A stretch of DNA of 62,586 nt from Acidimicrobiia bacterium (GTDB taxonomy: Bacteria > Actinomycetota > Acidimicrobiia > IMCC26256 > DASPTH01): contig DASXXX010000047.1 of the NCBI GenBank assembly GCA_036502765.1, positions 1 to 62,586 of the forward strand, written 5' to 3'. Positions 7,946 through 16,495 of the stretch are shown one piece after another. The stretch's first letter is position 1. The number at the start of each line of letters is the position of its first letter. Both the position numbers and the translations under genes were made by a program. The notes under the pieces were generated by a model. The model made no database searches. It was not told the origin of the DNA and worked only from the letters and a program-made list of their open reading frames with translations.

Positions 7946-9022
7946 TCACCCGAGGCGCAGCTGTGCGCTCCCGGTGATCGGAGGCAGATCGAGCGAGCTG
8001 AGCGGTCCGGCTGGCGCGTCGCACACCGCGGGGATGGCATTGACGATCCGGTTGGCCGCGGTGGCATTGCCCCCACCGGCCGCGCCCGGCTCGCCCGGTT
8101 CGGTGCCGTGGATGGTGACGTCGAGGTTCGGGTGTCCGGTGATGCGGACGCGGTGGACGCCGCCGGGTTCCGGTGACGACGGCCAGTCGGGCGCGCAGTC
8201 GTCGTCGATGCGGGTGATGTGCTCCATGACGAGCAGTGCCCGGCCGTCGACGATGCCCTGCACCTCGAAGCGGAACGCGCCCTGCGTGCCCTCCTCGAAC
8301 ACACCCATGCCCGGGACATCGACGGTGCGTTCGAGCGCGCGCCGTTCGACGTGCGTGCGGATCTCGTCGAGCTCCAGGTCGAGCGCGTCGGCAAGGATGC
8401 GGACCATCGGCGCCCAGACCATCTCCAGCGCGATGTCGAGCAGCATCAACGGCGTCTGGTCCATCGGGCCGCCGAAGCCGATGACCTCGCGCACGACGTC
8501 GGGCGCGTCGTAGAGCGCGTAGTTGAAGATCTCCTGCACGCGGATCTCCTCGATGCCCGCGCTCACGCCGCTCACGAGGATGGGGAGGATGTCGAGGGCC
8601 CAGCCGGGATCGATGCCCGACACGAACACCGAGGTGTCACCGTTGGCGCAGGCGCGTTCGATGGCCTCGGTCACCGGTGCGGGCGCGCTGGCCGGGTGGA
8701 GCAGCGGATAGAACGACGTCGACACCACGTTGGCGCCGGCCTCCAGGCACGCGACGAGGTCGGCGAACGCGGCGTCGGGTCGCGTGTCGGACGTGGCGGT
8801 GTACACCACCGCGTCGACGTCGCTCGCGAGCGCCACGCTGATGTCGTCGGTCGCCAGCACACCCAACGATTCGATGAACGCGAGCTCACCGGCGTCGCGC
8901 CCGACCTTCGCCGGGTTCGACACGACCACCCCGACGAGTTCGAGATCGGCGTGCGCCGCCACCGCCCGGATCGCCGGTCGCCCCGCGTTCCCCGTCCCCC
9001 ACACCACGACTCGGTAAGCCAT
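7946..9022 (-). CDS. NAD(P)-binding DapB-like / amine-dehydrogenase-family oxidoreductase
   Basis: Track ORF 7946..9088 trimmed to ATG 9022 (MAYRVVVWGTGNAGRPAIRAV, Rossmann). Overall layout is like the dihydrodipicolinate-reductase-like family. Confidence 0.6.
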   Translation of the reverse strand: MAYRVVVWGTGNAGRPAIRAVAAHADLELVGVVVSNPAKVGRDAGELAFIESLGVLATDDISVALASDVDAVVYTATSDTRPDAAFADLVACLEAGANVVSTSFYPLLHPASAPAPVTEAIERACANGDTSVFVSGIDPGWALDILPILVSGVSAGIEEIRVQEIFNYALYDAPDVVREVIGFGGPMDQTPLMLLDIALEMVWAPMVRILADALDLELDEIRTHVERRALERTVDVPGMGVFEEGTQGAFRFEVQGIVDGRALLVMEHITRIDDDCAPDWPSSPEPGGVHRVRITGHPNLDVTIHGTEPGEPGAAGGGNATAANRIVNAIPAVCDAPAGPLSSLDLPPITGSAQLRLG

Positions 9023-9044
9023 GGGGCGGCAGCCTACGAGGGCG

Positions 9045-9287
9045 TCAGTCGGGGATCTTCTCCCACCACTGGCACCACCAGTTGGCACCCACGAGGATCC
9101 GCAGCTTCGGGTGCCAGCAGTACGAGATCTCGGCGGTGTTCTCGAGGTAGTAGAGGCAGTTGTCGCACTGCTCCTCGCCCTGCGGCTGACCCTTCAGGAC
9201 GGCGTTGTCGGCGAGATGGCGGAGCTCGATCGCCAGCTTCTCGTCGATCTCCTTCGGTTCGGGATCGGGGATCACGTAGTCGGCCAT
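9045..9287 (-). CDS. HiPIP-like small iron-sulfur protein (no signal peptide)
   Basis: 80 aa. Four Cys in the pattern EEQCDNCLYY...YCWHPKLRILVGANWWCQWW, closely mirroring the C-x2-C...C...GWC-x-W arrangement of high-potential iron-sulfur proteins. Confidence 0.55.
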   Translation of the reverse strand: MADYVIPDPEPKEIDEKLAIELRHLADNAVLKGQPQGEEQCDNCLYYLENTAEISYCWHPKLRILVGANWWCQWWEKIPD

Positions 9288-9346
9288 CGGACGAAGTTAC
9301 CCCCGGTCAGCGAACGCGGAACCCTTCACCGCGTAGCCTGCGCAGC

Positions 9347-9645
9347 ATGCGCGTCCCCACTGCACCCGTCGTCGCCGGCTCGTTGATCGGCGGCTACTAC
9401 GTCGCTCGCATCACCAAGATCCGTCCGCTCGGTGGCGCGGTCTCACGCTCGGCGGCTTCATCGCCGAGCGCGAGTGGCGGAAGCACGCGGGACCGGTGAA
9501 CGCGGCGATCCTCGGGGCCGTCTACTTCGGCGCCTTCGGCGTGTCGCACCCGCTGGCCAAGAAGATCGGCCCGTGGCCGTCGGTGTTGACGGTCGCCGCG
9601 GTGAGCGCCGCCGCGGCGTGGGCGCTGAGCGATCGGCGCCCCTGA
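9347..9645 (+). pseudogene. small membrane protein interrupted by an apparent 1-nt frameshift
   Basis: ATG 9347 frame gives MRVPTAPVVAGSLIGGYYVARITKIRPLGGAV and then turns Ser/Arg-rich. The next frame continues LTLGGFIAEREWRKHAGPVNAAILGAVYFGAFGVSHPLAKKIGPWPSVLTVAAVSAAAAWAL to TGA 9645. Shift is near 9440. Confidence 0.3.
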
Positions 9646-9658
9646 AACTCGGGCTCGC

Positions 9659-10726
9659 TCAGACGCCGCGCTTCGGGCCGCGTGGCGGCGTCTTGCGCTT
9701 CTTCGGTGGTGGCGGGGTGATGGGGTTCCCGTCGTCGTCCTTGCGGGCCCGGCTCGGTGCCACCCGCGGCGGTTCCCCGGGCATCTTCGGGTACACGGGC
9801 GGCCACGGCGCGTCCTCGAGTCCCGACTCGATGTCGCGGTCGTACATCTCGAGCAGCGGGGTGAGCACCTGCGGGCTGTCGGCGATGTCGGCCCACGGAT
9901 CACCGCGCGACTCGACGCGGTCGGGCACGGTGAGCACCGTGCACGCCTCGGGGTCGATGTCGTCGAGCTCGTCCCAGTGGAACGGCGTCGACACCTCTGC
10001 CGCGGGGCGCGCCCGGATCGACCACGCGCCGAACACCGTCTTGTGCGGCGCGTTCTGGTTGAAGTCGACGAAGATGCGGTCGCCGCGTTCTTCCTTCCAC
10101 CACGCGTCGGTGATCGCCTCAGGCCGTCGGCGCGCCAGCTCACGCGCCACCGCCACCGCCGCCCGGCGGACCTCGATCGGCGTCCAGCGCGGTTCGAGGC
10201 GCGTGTACACGTGGATGCCGCGGTTGCCGGTGGTCTTGGGCCAGCCGCGGATGCCCACGTCGTCGAGCAACCCCTTGAGCTCGCGTGCCGCCTCCCGCAC
10301 CTCGTCGAACCCGAGCCCCGGCTGCGGGTCGAGGTCGATGCGCAGCTCGTCGGCGTGGTCGTCGTCGCGGGCGAGGTTGGGCCACACGTGGAACCCCAGG
10401 CAACCGAGGTTCACCGCCCACACGATGTGCGCGAGGTCGGCCGCGACCAACGCCTCCGACATGGTGCCGTTGGGCGTGCTCACGACCGAGGTCTCCAGCC
10501 ACTCGGGACGCTCCTTCGGCACCCGCTTCTGGAAGAAGTTGGAGCCGTCGACGCCGTTCGGGAAGCGCTGCATGAGGACCGGTCGGCCGCGGATCGCGGT
10601 CATCAACGGGAGTTCGACGCGGCGGTAGAAGTCGACGACGTCGAGCTTGGTGAGGCCCGGCTCCGGGAACATCATCTTGTCGGGGCTGGTGACGCTCACG
10701 ACGCGTCCGGCGACTTCGAGGTCCAC
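9659..10726 (-). CDS. LigD polymerase/primase domain protein (stand-alone NHEJ polymerase)
   Basis: Track ORF trimmed to GTG 10726 (VDLEVAGRVVSVTSPDKMMFP). RFPNG, HVWPN, TTGNRGIHVY and FVDFNQN motifs of LigD-Pol. Pro/Lys-rich basic C-terminal tail. Confidence 0.8.
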   Translation of the reverse strand: MDLEVAGRVVSVTSPDKMMFPEPGLTKLDVVDFYRRVELPLMTAIRGRPVLMQRFPNGVDGSNFFQKRVPKERPEWLETSVVSTPNGTMSEALVAADLAHIVWAVNLGCLGFHVWPNLARDDDHADELRIDLDPQPGLGFDEVREAARELKGLLDDVGIRGWPKTTGNRGIHVYTRLEPRWTPIEVRRAAVAVARELARRRPEAITDAWWKEERGDRIFVDFNQNAPHKTVFGAWSIRARPAAEVSTPFHWDELDDIDPEACTVLTVPDRVESRGDPWADIADSPQVLTPLLEMYDRDIESGLEDAPWPPVYPKMPGEPPRVAPSRARKDDDGNPITPPPPKKRKTPPRGPKRGV

Positions 10727-10769
10727 CCGATCACGGTACGCTCCCGGCAGACGACAGGGGGGAACCACC

Positions 10770-11693
10770 ATGGCCGAGTACCCACGGGAAGAGATCGAGG
10801 CCGCGTGGGCCGAGTACCAGCGGCGCGGCGTCGGCGAGCACGACTGGCCGGGCTGGGCCGACATGTTCACCGACGACGCGCGCTACGAGGAGCACTTCCT
10901 CGGCGTGTTCGAGGGCAAGGCCGCGATCTCCAAGTTCATCGTCGACGTGATGAAGGAGTACGCGGCGATGACCCTCTGGATCGAGTGGTCGATCATCGAC
11001 GGTGACCGGATCGCGTTCTACATCTGGAACAACCTGCCCGATCCCACCGGAACCGGGAAGCGCTACGCGTTCCCCAACACCACCTTCCTGCAGTACGGCG
11101 GCAATGGGAAGTTCTCGTTCGAGGCCGACTACTACAACCCCGCCGACGCCGAGCGCGTCTTCACCGAGTGGCTCACCGACGGCGGTAAGCGCGACACGCC
11201 GCAGGACCGCACGCTCCGCGGCATCGACGGCTGGAACCCCGAGCCGCCCACCCCCGCGTTCCCACGCGAAGAGGTGGAGGCCGAGTTCGAGAAGTACCGC
11301 AACCGCGCATCGCTGGCGGTCGAGACCGGCGACTGGGACCAGTGGGCCGACCAGTTCACCGCCGACGCCCACTACCGCGAGCACCACTACGGGTACTACA
11401 CGTCGGGCGAGCAGATCCGCGAGTGGATCAAGTCGGTGATGCAGCCGTTCCCGACCATGGAGTTCCCGCCGTCGTACGCGCTCATCGACGGCAACCGGGT
11501 GAGCACGCTGATCCCCAACATCCTGCCTGCACCCGAGGGTGACGACGGCTACTACGGCTTCGACGTCAACACGATCCTCCATTATGCGGGCAACGGGACG
11601 TGGAGCTTCGAGGAAGACGTCTACAACCCCCGCGAAGCGGAGGACGTGGTGGCGCGGTGGGTCGCGGCCGGAGGTGTGCTCCCGGGAGCGTGA
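10770..11693 (+). CDS. tandem NTF2/SnoaL-like domain protein
   Basis: ATG 10770 with AGGGGGGAA upstream. Two clearly homologous ~150-aa halves (EEIEAAWAEYQ...DWPGWADMFTDDARYEEH vs EEVEAEFEKYR...DWDQWADQFTADAHYREH). Confidence 0.6.
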   Translation: MAEYPREEIEAAWAEYQRRGVGEHDWPGWADMFTDDARYEEHFLGVFEGKAAISKFIVDVMKEYAAMTLWIEWSIIDGDRIAFYIWNNLPDPTGTGKRYAFPNTTFLQYGGNGKFSFEADYYNPADAERVFTEWLTDGGKRDTPQDRTLRGIDGWNPEPPTPAFPREEVEAEFEKYRNRASLAVETGDWDQWADQFTADAHYREHHYGYYTSGEQIREWIKSVMQPFPTMEFPPSYALIDGNRVSTLIPNILPAPEGDDGYYGFDVNTILHYAGNGTWSFEEDVYNPREAEDVVARWVAAGGVLPGA

Positions 11694-11723
11694 TCTGACG
11701 TCGCCCGCTCGTATGCTGCGCGC

Positions 11724-13286
11724 GTGGTCGACGGAGCGCTGACGCAGGGCACGCTCCGGTCGCTCCGCCAGGCCCGTCGACGCCACTACCTGCGCGAGGG
11801 CGACTGGGTCGACTCGCTCTACAAGGCCTATGTGGTCGGCATCCTGGCCGCGCTCGGGTTGTTCTACGGCAGCGTCGCCCTGAGCGCCGACTTCGACGCC
11901 GCCGCGCTCCACGACGTGGAACGACACGGCGCCGCCCTCCTCGGGCTCGCGGTCGCGGTGCTGGTGCTCCTGGGTCTCCGTTCGGGCGCGCACGGCGGAC
12001 CCCTGGCGCCCGAGTCGGCCGACATCACGTTCCTCCTCCTCGCACCTGTGGCGCGGACCGAGGTGCTGCGACCGCTCGCGGTCCGGCAACTCCGCGGCGT
12101 CGTGCTCGTCCCCGCGGTGGGCGGCGCGGTCGCCGGCAGCATCGCCTCCCGTCCGCTCGGCGGCGACCGGATCGAGTGGCTGCTCGCGGGCGCGGCCTTC
12201 GGCGTGTTGGCGTCGTTGGCGGTCTGGGGATCGGCGCTGGTCGCGTCGAGCGTGCGGCTGCGGGCGCGTGATGCGAACGTGGTCGGCGCCGCCGTCGTGG
12301 TCTGGGCCGCGATCGACGTGGCCGCCGGGTATGCCTCTTCCCCGACCGCACAGCTCGGGCGGGTCGCGCTGCTGCCGCTCACGTGGTCGGCGCTCGCGAT
12401 CGTCGGGGTGGTGCTGCCGCTGGTGCTCGTGGGTGTCGGTCTGGCCCGGGTCGGACACACGTCGCTCGAGCAACTGCGGGACCGGGCGCGTCTCGTGGGT
12501 GAGCTGCGGTTCGCGGCCACGCTCCAGGACATGCGCTCGGTCATCGTCCTGCACCGGGAGCTCGCGCAGGAGCTGCCGCGCACGACGCCGTGGTGGCACG
12601 CCCGGGGCAGCCGGGGCGGACCGGCCTGGCAGCGCGACTGGCGTGGGCTGGCGCGGTGGCCGATGAGCCGCGTCGCGCGCGCGGTGGCCTTCGGGGTCGT
12701 CGTGGCGCTGGCCGGCGTCGGGCTCTGGCACGGCGTGGACGCGCTCGTGCTCCTCGCCGGGCTCGCACTGTTCCTCCTCGGTGTCGACGCGGTCGAGGGC
12801 CTGGCGCAGGAGACCGACCACCCGGAACGATCCGAGCAGTACCCGGTGGTCTGGGGCGAGCTCGTGCTCTCCCATCTCCTCGCGCCCGCAGTGGTCCTGT
12901 TCGGGTTCGCGGTCGCAGCCGCGCTCGCGATCGGTGCCGTCACGGGGAGCGTCGATGCGCTGGCCGTGGCCGCGATCACGGTGGTGCCCGCCACGCTGGC
13001 CGGGGTGGCCGGCGCCGGGCTGTCGGTGGTGATGGGAGCGCCGCCGCCGACCCTCTACCTCGACTTCGGCTTCCCGGAGCTCACCACCTTGTGGTTGGTG
13101 CTGCGCCAGGTGCTCGGGCCGCTGCTCGTCATCGCCGCGTTCGTCCCTCTCGCGGTCGGTGACAACGCGTATGGCGACGCGAGCGCCTCCGCGCTCGGCA
13201 CGACGCTCACGTTCGCGTTCGTGCCCCTGGTGCTCGCGGTACTGGCTGCAGTCTGGATGCGATCACGAACGGCGGTCGTGCGATGA
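11724..13286 (+). CDS. polytopic membrane protein of unknown function, coupled to an ABC ATPase
   Basis: 520 aa with many hydrophobic segments. Its stop overlaps the ATG of the ATPase gene (13283). Resembles the actinobacterial DUF membrane partners of orphan ABC ATPases (family identity not verifiable here). Confidence 0.6.
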   Translation: MVDGALTQGTLRSLRQARRRHYLREGDWVDSLYKAYVVGILAALGLFYGSVALSADFDAAALHDVERHGAALLGLAVAVLVLLGLRSGAHGGPLAPESADITFLLLAPVARTEVLRPLAVRQLRGVVLVPAVGGAVAGSIASRPLGGDRIEWLLAGAAFGVLASLAVWGSALVASSVRLRARDANVVGAAVVVWAAIDVAAGYASSPTAQLGRVALLPLTWSALAIVGVVLPLVLVGVGLARVGHTSLEQLRDRARLVGELRFAATLQDMRSVIVLHRELAQELPRTTPWWHARGSRGGPAWQRDWRGLARWPMSRVARAVAFGVVVALAGVGLWHGVDALVLLAGLALFLLGVDAVEGLAQETDHPERSEQYPVVWGELVLSHLLAPAVVLFGFAVAAALAIGAVTGSVDALAVAAITVVPATLAGVAGAGLSVVMGAPPPTLYLDFGFPELTTLWLVLRQVLGPLLVIAAFVPLAVGDNAYGDASASALGTTLTFAFVPLVLAVLAAVWMRSRTAVVR

Positions 13287-13960
13287 GCAGCCCGGCCGTC
13301 GAGCTCCGCGGGGTCACGAAGGCCTACGCCGACCGCGTCGCCCTCGACGACATCTCGTTGGAGCTCACGCGCGGGGAGCTCGTCGCGCTCGTCGGCGCCA
13401 ACGGCGCGGGGAAGTCGACGCTCCTGCAACTCGCCGTGGGGCTGCTCGAACCCACGAGCGGCGACGTGCTCATCGAGGGAACCGCCGCGGGATCGCTCGA
13501 CGCCCGTCGCTCGCTGTCGTACATCTCCGACCAACCGTCGCTGTACGACGACCTCACCGTGAACGAGCACATCGAGTACGTGTCGCGCCTGCACGGCGGA
13601 CCGGCGCGTCCCGAATCGGCCGACGAGCTCCTCGACCTCCTCAACCTCACCCCCCGAGCCGACGACCTGCCCGCGCGCTTCAGCCGCGGGCTGCGCCAGA
13701 AGACCGCGATCGCGCTCGCGCTGGTGCGCCCGTTCTCGGTGCTGCTCGTCGACGAACCGTTCGTGGGGCTCGACCCCGCCGGTCAGGACGCACTCGCCGA
13801 GCTGTTGACCGCGGCAGCCGACGCCGGGTGCGCGGTGATGGTGGCGACGCACCAGCTCGCGTTCCTCGAGCGCGCGACACGGTGCGTGGCGCTGCGCGAC
13901 GGTGCCGTCGCCTACCGCGGACCCGTCGACCGCGCCGTCATCGATCCCCTACTCGATTGA
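13283..13960 (+). CDS. ABC transporter ATP-binding protein
   Basis: Walker A GANGAGKST, signature FSRGLRQK, Walker B VLLVDEP. Confidence 0.9.
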   Translation: MSSPAVELRGVTKAYADRVALDDISLELTRGELVALVGANGAGKSTLLQLAVGLLEPTSGDVLIEGTAAGSLDARRSLSYISDQPSLYDDLTVNEHIEYVSRLHGGPARPESADELLDLLNLTPRADDLPARFSRGLRQKTAIALALVRPFSVLLVDEPFVGLDPAGQDALAELLTAAADAGCAVMVATHQLAFLERATRCVALRDGAVAYRGPVDRAVIDPLLD

Positions 13961-13995
13961 TGGCGTTCGATTGATGGCGTTCGACTGATGGCCGA
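13954..13995. repeat. 14-bp tandem repeat x3 spanning a stop/start junction
   Basis: CGATTGATGGCGTT, CGATTGATGGCGTT, CGACTGATGGCCGA. Each copy carries TGATG (stop overlapping start). Confidence 0.9.
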
Positions 13996-14731
13996 CGCTC
14001 GTACGCTCGGGCTGCTCGTCCTCCACGCCAAATGCGTGCGCGCCGCCCAGGAGCCCGCGTGGGGTGCGTGGGAGGACGACGTCCATCTCCCCGCACTCTG
14101 CGACGGCTCTGATTCGGCCGACGGCGCGTGGGCGGCGACCCGCTTCGAGCTCACCGCGCGACCCGAACCGGGCACGCCGGGCATCGGGTTCACGCACGTG
14201 ACCATCCTCGAGCTCGACGATCCCGACGTCGCCGCGCAGGCCGCGCGCGTCCTCGCGGTCGACGACGCGCTGCGCGCCGACGGCCGCATGCATCCCGCGC
14301 ACGCGACCATCGCCGCCGACGCGTTCGTCGCGCACGGTCGCTACGGGAGCAAGGCCGAGCCGTCGTCGGCGCGCACGGGGCACATCCTCACCCACGTGCT
14401 GTGCACCGATCCCACGCGTGTCGCGGAATGGGACGAGTGGTACGACGAGGTGCACGTGCCCGACATGCTCTCGTGCGGCGCCTTCTCGGCGATGTCGCGG
14501 TGGCGGCGCGTGACGCCCGTACAAGTCGGCGCGAACCACCTCACGCTCTACGACGTCGTCACCCCGACGGTCGACGAGGCGGTGGCGCGCTCGGCGGCGA
14601 CGCTGGCCGAGGTCGTCGCCGCGGGCCGCAAGCACGAGTGCCACACCGGCGGCCTCACGGTCACCCTGCGCCCGACCGGTCGCCACGGCGCCGCCGGAGT
14701 GCGTCGCGCTACTGCGCGAACAGCTTCTTGA
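13988..14731 (+). CDS. hypothetical protein with two related halves (possible dimeric alpha/beta-barrel-like repeats)
   Basis: 247 aa. Both halves contain W-(E/D)-(D/E)-x-VH-(L/V)-P (AWGAWEDDVHLP; VAEWDEWYDEVHVPDML). The opposite-strand ORF is an Arg-rich shadow. Confidence 0.5.
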   Translation: MADARTLGLLVLHAKCVRAAQEPAWGAWEDDVHLPALCDGSDSADGAWAATRFELTARPEPGTPGIGFTHVTILELDDPDVAAQAARVLAVDDALRADGRMHPAHATIAADAFVAHGRYGSKAEPSSARTGHILTHVLCTDPTRVAEWDEWYDEVHVPDMLSCGAFSAMSRWRRVTPVQVGANHLTLYDVVTPTVDEAVARSAATLAEVVAAGRKHECHTGGLTVTLRPTGRHGAAGVRRATARTAS

Positions 14732-14844
14732 CCGTCTGCGAGAACGAGCACGACGACCACGCCCGCAACGCCTGCACGCGATCCTCTATCAGGGCATTCT
14801 CTCGAAGGGGCACCATGCGCAGGATTGGATAACGTATACAACCC

Positions 14845-16458
14845 ATGAGCACGACCACGATGACCGGTGGCCAGGCGCTGGTCGCCCAGCTCGTCCGCGA
14901 GGGCGTCACGCACGTCTTCGGGCTCCCGGGCGACCAGACGATGCACGCGCTCGACGCGTTCTACGACGAACCGTCGATCGCGTTCGTCACCACCCGCCAC
15001 GAGCAGGGCACCACGTACCTGGCCGACGGCTACGCACGCGGCGGTGGACGGCCGGGCGTGGCCTTCGTCGTCCCCGGCGTCGGCCTCTACAACGCCGGCG
15101 CAGGCCTGGCGACCGCCTACGCGTCCTCCTCCCCCGTCGTGCTGATCGCCGGACAGGTGAATCGAGCGGGCATCGGCAAGCACCTCGGCCTGCTGCACGA
15201 GATCGACGACCAGCTCGACATAGTGCGCCCGATCACCGCGTGGCAACGGCGTGCATTGCAGGCCGGCGAGATCGCCGAGACCGTGCACGAAGCGTTCGTG
15301 CGCGTGCAACGTGGGCGCCGCCAACCGGTCGAGATCGAGATGCCGCCGGAAGCGTTCTCCGAAACCTTCTCCCTCGACGGCGAGATCACGCTGTGCCCAC
15401 CGGCCGAGAGCGTGCGCGAGGGCGCCGATCCCGACGAGATCGCGCGCGCCGCCGACCTCCTCGCGGGTGCCGAGCGCCCGGTCATCTGGGTCGGCGGCGG
15501 CGTGGTCCTCGGTGACGCGACCGCGGAGCTGGCCGAGCTGGCCGAGTTCCTCCAGGCCGCGGTGGTCACCACCCGTCAGGGCAAAGGAGGGTTCGACGCC
15601 CGCCATCCGCTCTACGCCGGCACGGCCTGGGTGAACAAGCGCCTCCAGCCCCTGCTCGACGACGCCGACGTCGTGCTCGCGGTCGGGACGCACCTCATCG
15701 GTCATGCGCTCCCTGCCGGCACGCCCGTCGTGCACGTCGACGTCGACCGGGCCGAGATCGGCATCCACCGTGTCGACGCGCTGCCCGTCGTCGGCGACGC
15801 CGCACCCACGCTCGCCGCGCTCCTCGCCGAGCTGCGCACGCGCCGCGATCCCGCGGCCGACCGCGGTGCGGAGATCACCGCGTTCCGCGCCACTGTCGAC
15901 GCGTCGTTGCGCACGGTGGGACCGCAGGCGCTGATGGTCGACCAGCTGCGCGCCGCCATCCCCGACGACGGCGTGCTGGTGCCGTGCACCACCACGATGG
16001 GCTACATGAGCCACATGCTCTACCCCGCGTACGGGCCGCGCACCTACCTGTCGACCTCCTACATGGGCACGCTCGGCTGGGGCTTCCCGGCCGCGCTCGG
16101 CGTGAAGGTGGCGCGCCCCGACACGCCCGTGGTGTGCGCGACCGGCGACGGCGGCTTCCTGTTCGCCGCCACCGAGCTCGCCACCGCGGTGCAGTACGGC
16201 ATCAACACCGTCACCGTGGTCTACAACGACGACGCGTACGGCAACTCGAACCGCGACCAGCGCGAGCGCTTCGGCGGTCGCGAGATCGGCACCGCGCTGC
16301 GCAACCCCGACTTCGTGAAGTTCGCGGAGTCGTTCGGGGCCGACGCCACGCGCATCACCAAGGGCGGCGACGTCGGTCCCGCGCTGCGCGAAGCTCTCGG
16401 CAACGACCGTCCCACCGTCATCGAGGTGCCCATGGACCGCCTCCCAGCTCCCTTCTAG
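14845..16458 (+). CDS. thiamine-diphosphate-dependent enzyme (acetolactate synthase / benzoylformate decarboxylase-like)
   Basis: 537 aa. N-terminal GGQALVAQLVREGVTHVFGLPG, HEQG, and ThDP motif GDGGFLFAATELATAVQYGINTVTVVYNDDAYG. Confidence 0.85.
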   Translation: MSTTTMTGGQALVAQLVREGVTHVFGLPGDQTMHALDAFYDEPSIAFVTTRHEQGTTYLADGYARGGGRPGVAFVVPGVGLYNAGAGLATAYASSSPVVLIAGQVNRAGIGKHLGLLHEIDDQLDIVRPITAWQRRALQAGEIAETVHEAFVRVQRGRRQPVEIEMPPEAFSETFSLDGEITLCPPAESVREGADPDEIARAADLLAGAERPVIWVGGGVVLGDATAELAELAEFLQAAVVTTRQGKGGFDARHPLYAGTAWVNKRLQPLLDDADVVLAVGTHLIGHALPAGTPVVHVDVDRAEIGIHRVDALPVVGDAAPTLAALLAELRTRRDPAADRGAEITAFRATVDASLRTVGPQALMVDQLRAAIPDDGVLVPCTTTMGYMSHMLYPAYGPRTYLSTSYMGTLGWGFPAALGVKVARPDTPVVCATGDGGFLFAATELATAVQYGINTVTVVYNDDAYGNSNRDQRERFGGREIGTALRNPDFVKFAESFGADATRITKGGDVGPALREALGNDRPTVIEVPMDRLPAPF

Positions 16459-16495
16459 ATGGAGCCCTTCTGATGGAGTCGTTCTAGCGATGGAC
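16450..16495. repeat. ~15-bp degenerate tandem repeat x3 spanning a stop/start junction
   Basis: CCCTTCTAGATGGAG, CCCTTCTGATGGAG, TCGTTCTAGCGATGGAC. Each copy is the end of the upstream gene plus a stop plus ATGGA. Confidence 0.85.

Noticed and set aside
9397-10143. 248-aa minus-strand ORF overlapping the LigD-Pol 3' region
   Set aside because: Extremely Arg/Ser/Thr/Pro-rich and out of frame with the clearly coding LigD-Pol frame.
10731-12875. 714-aa minus-strand ORF
   Set aside because: Arg/Asp/His/Gly/Pro-rich with no recognisable domain. It lies antisense to two well-supported plus-strand genes (SnoaL-like and the polytopic membrane protein). Typical high-GC shadow ORF.
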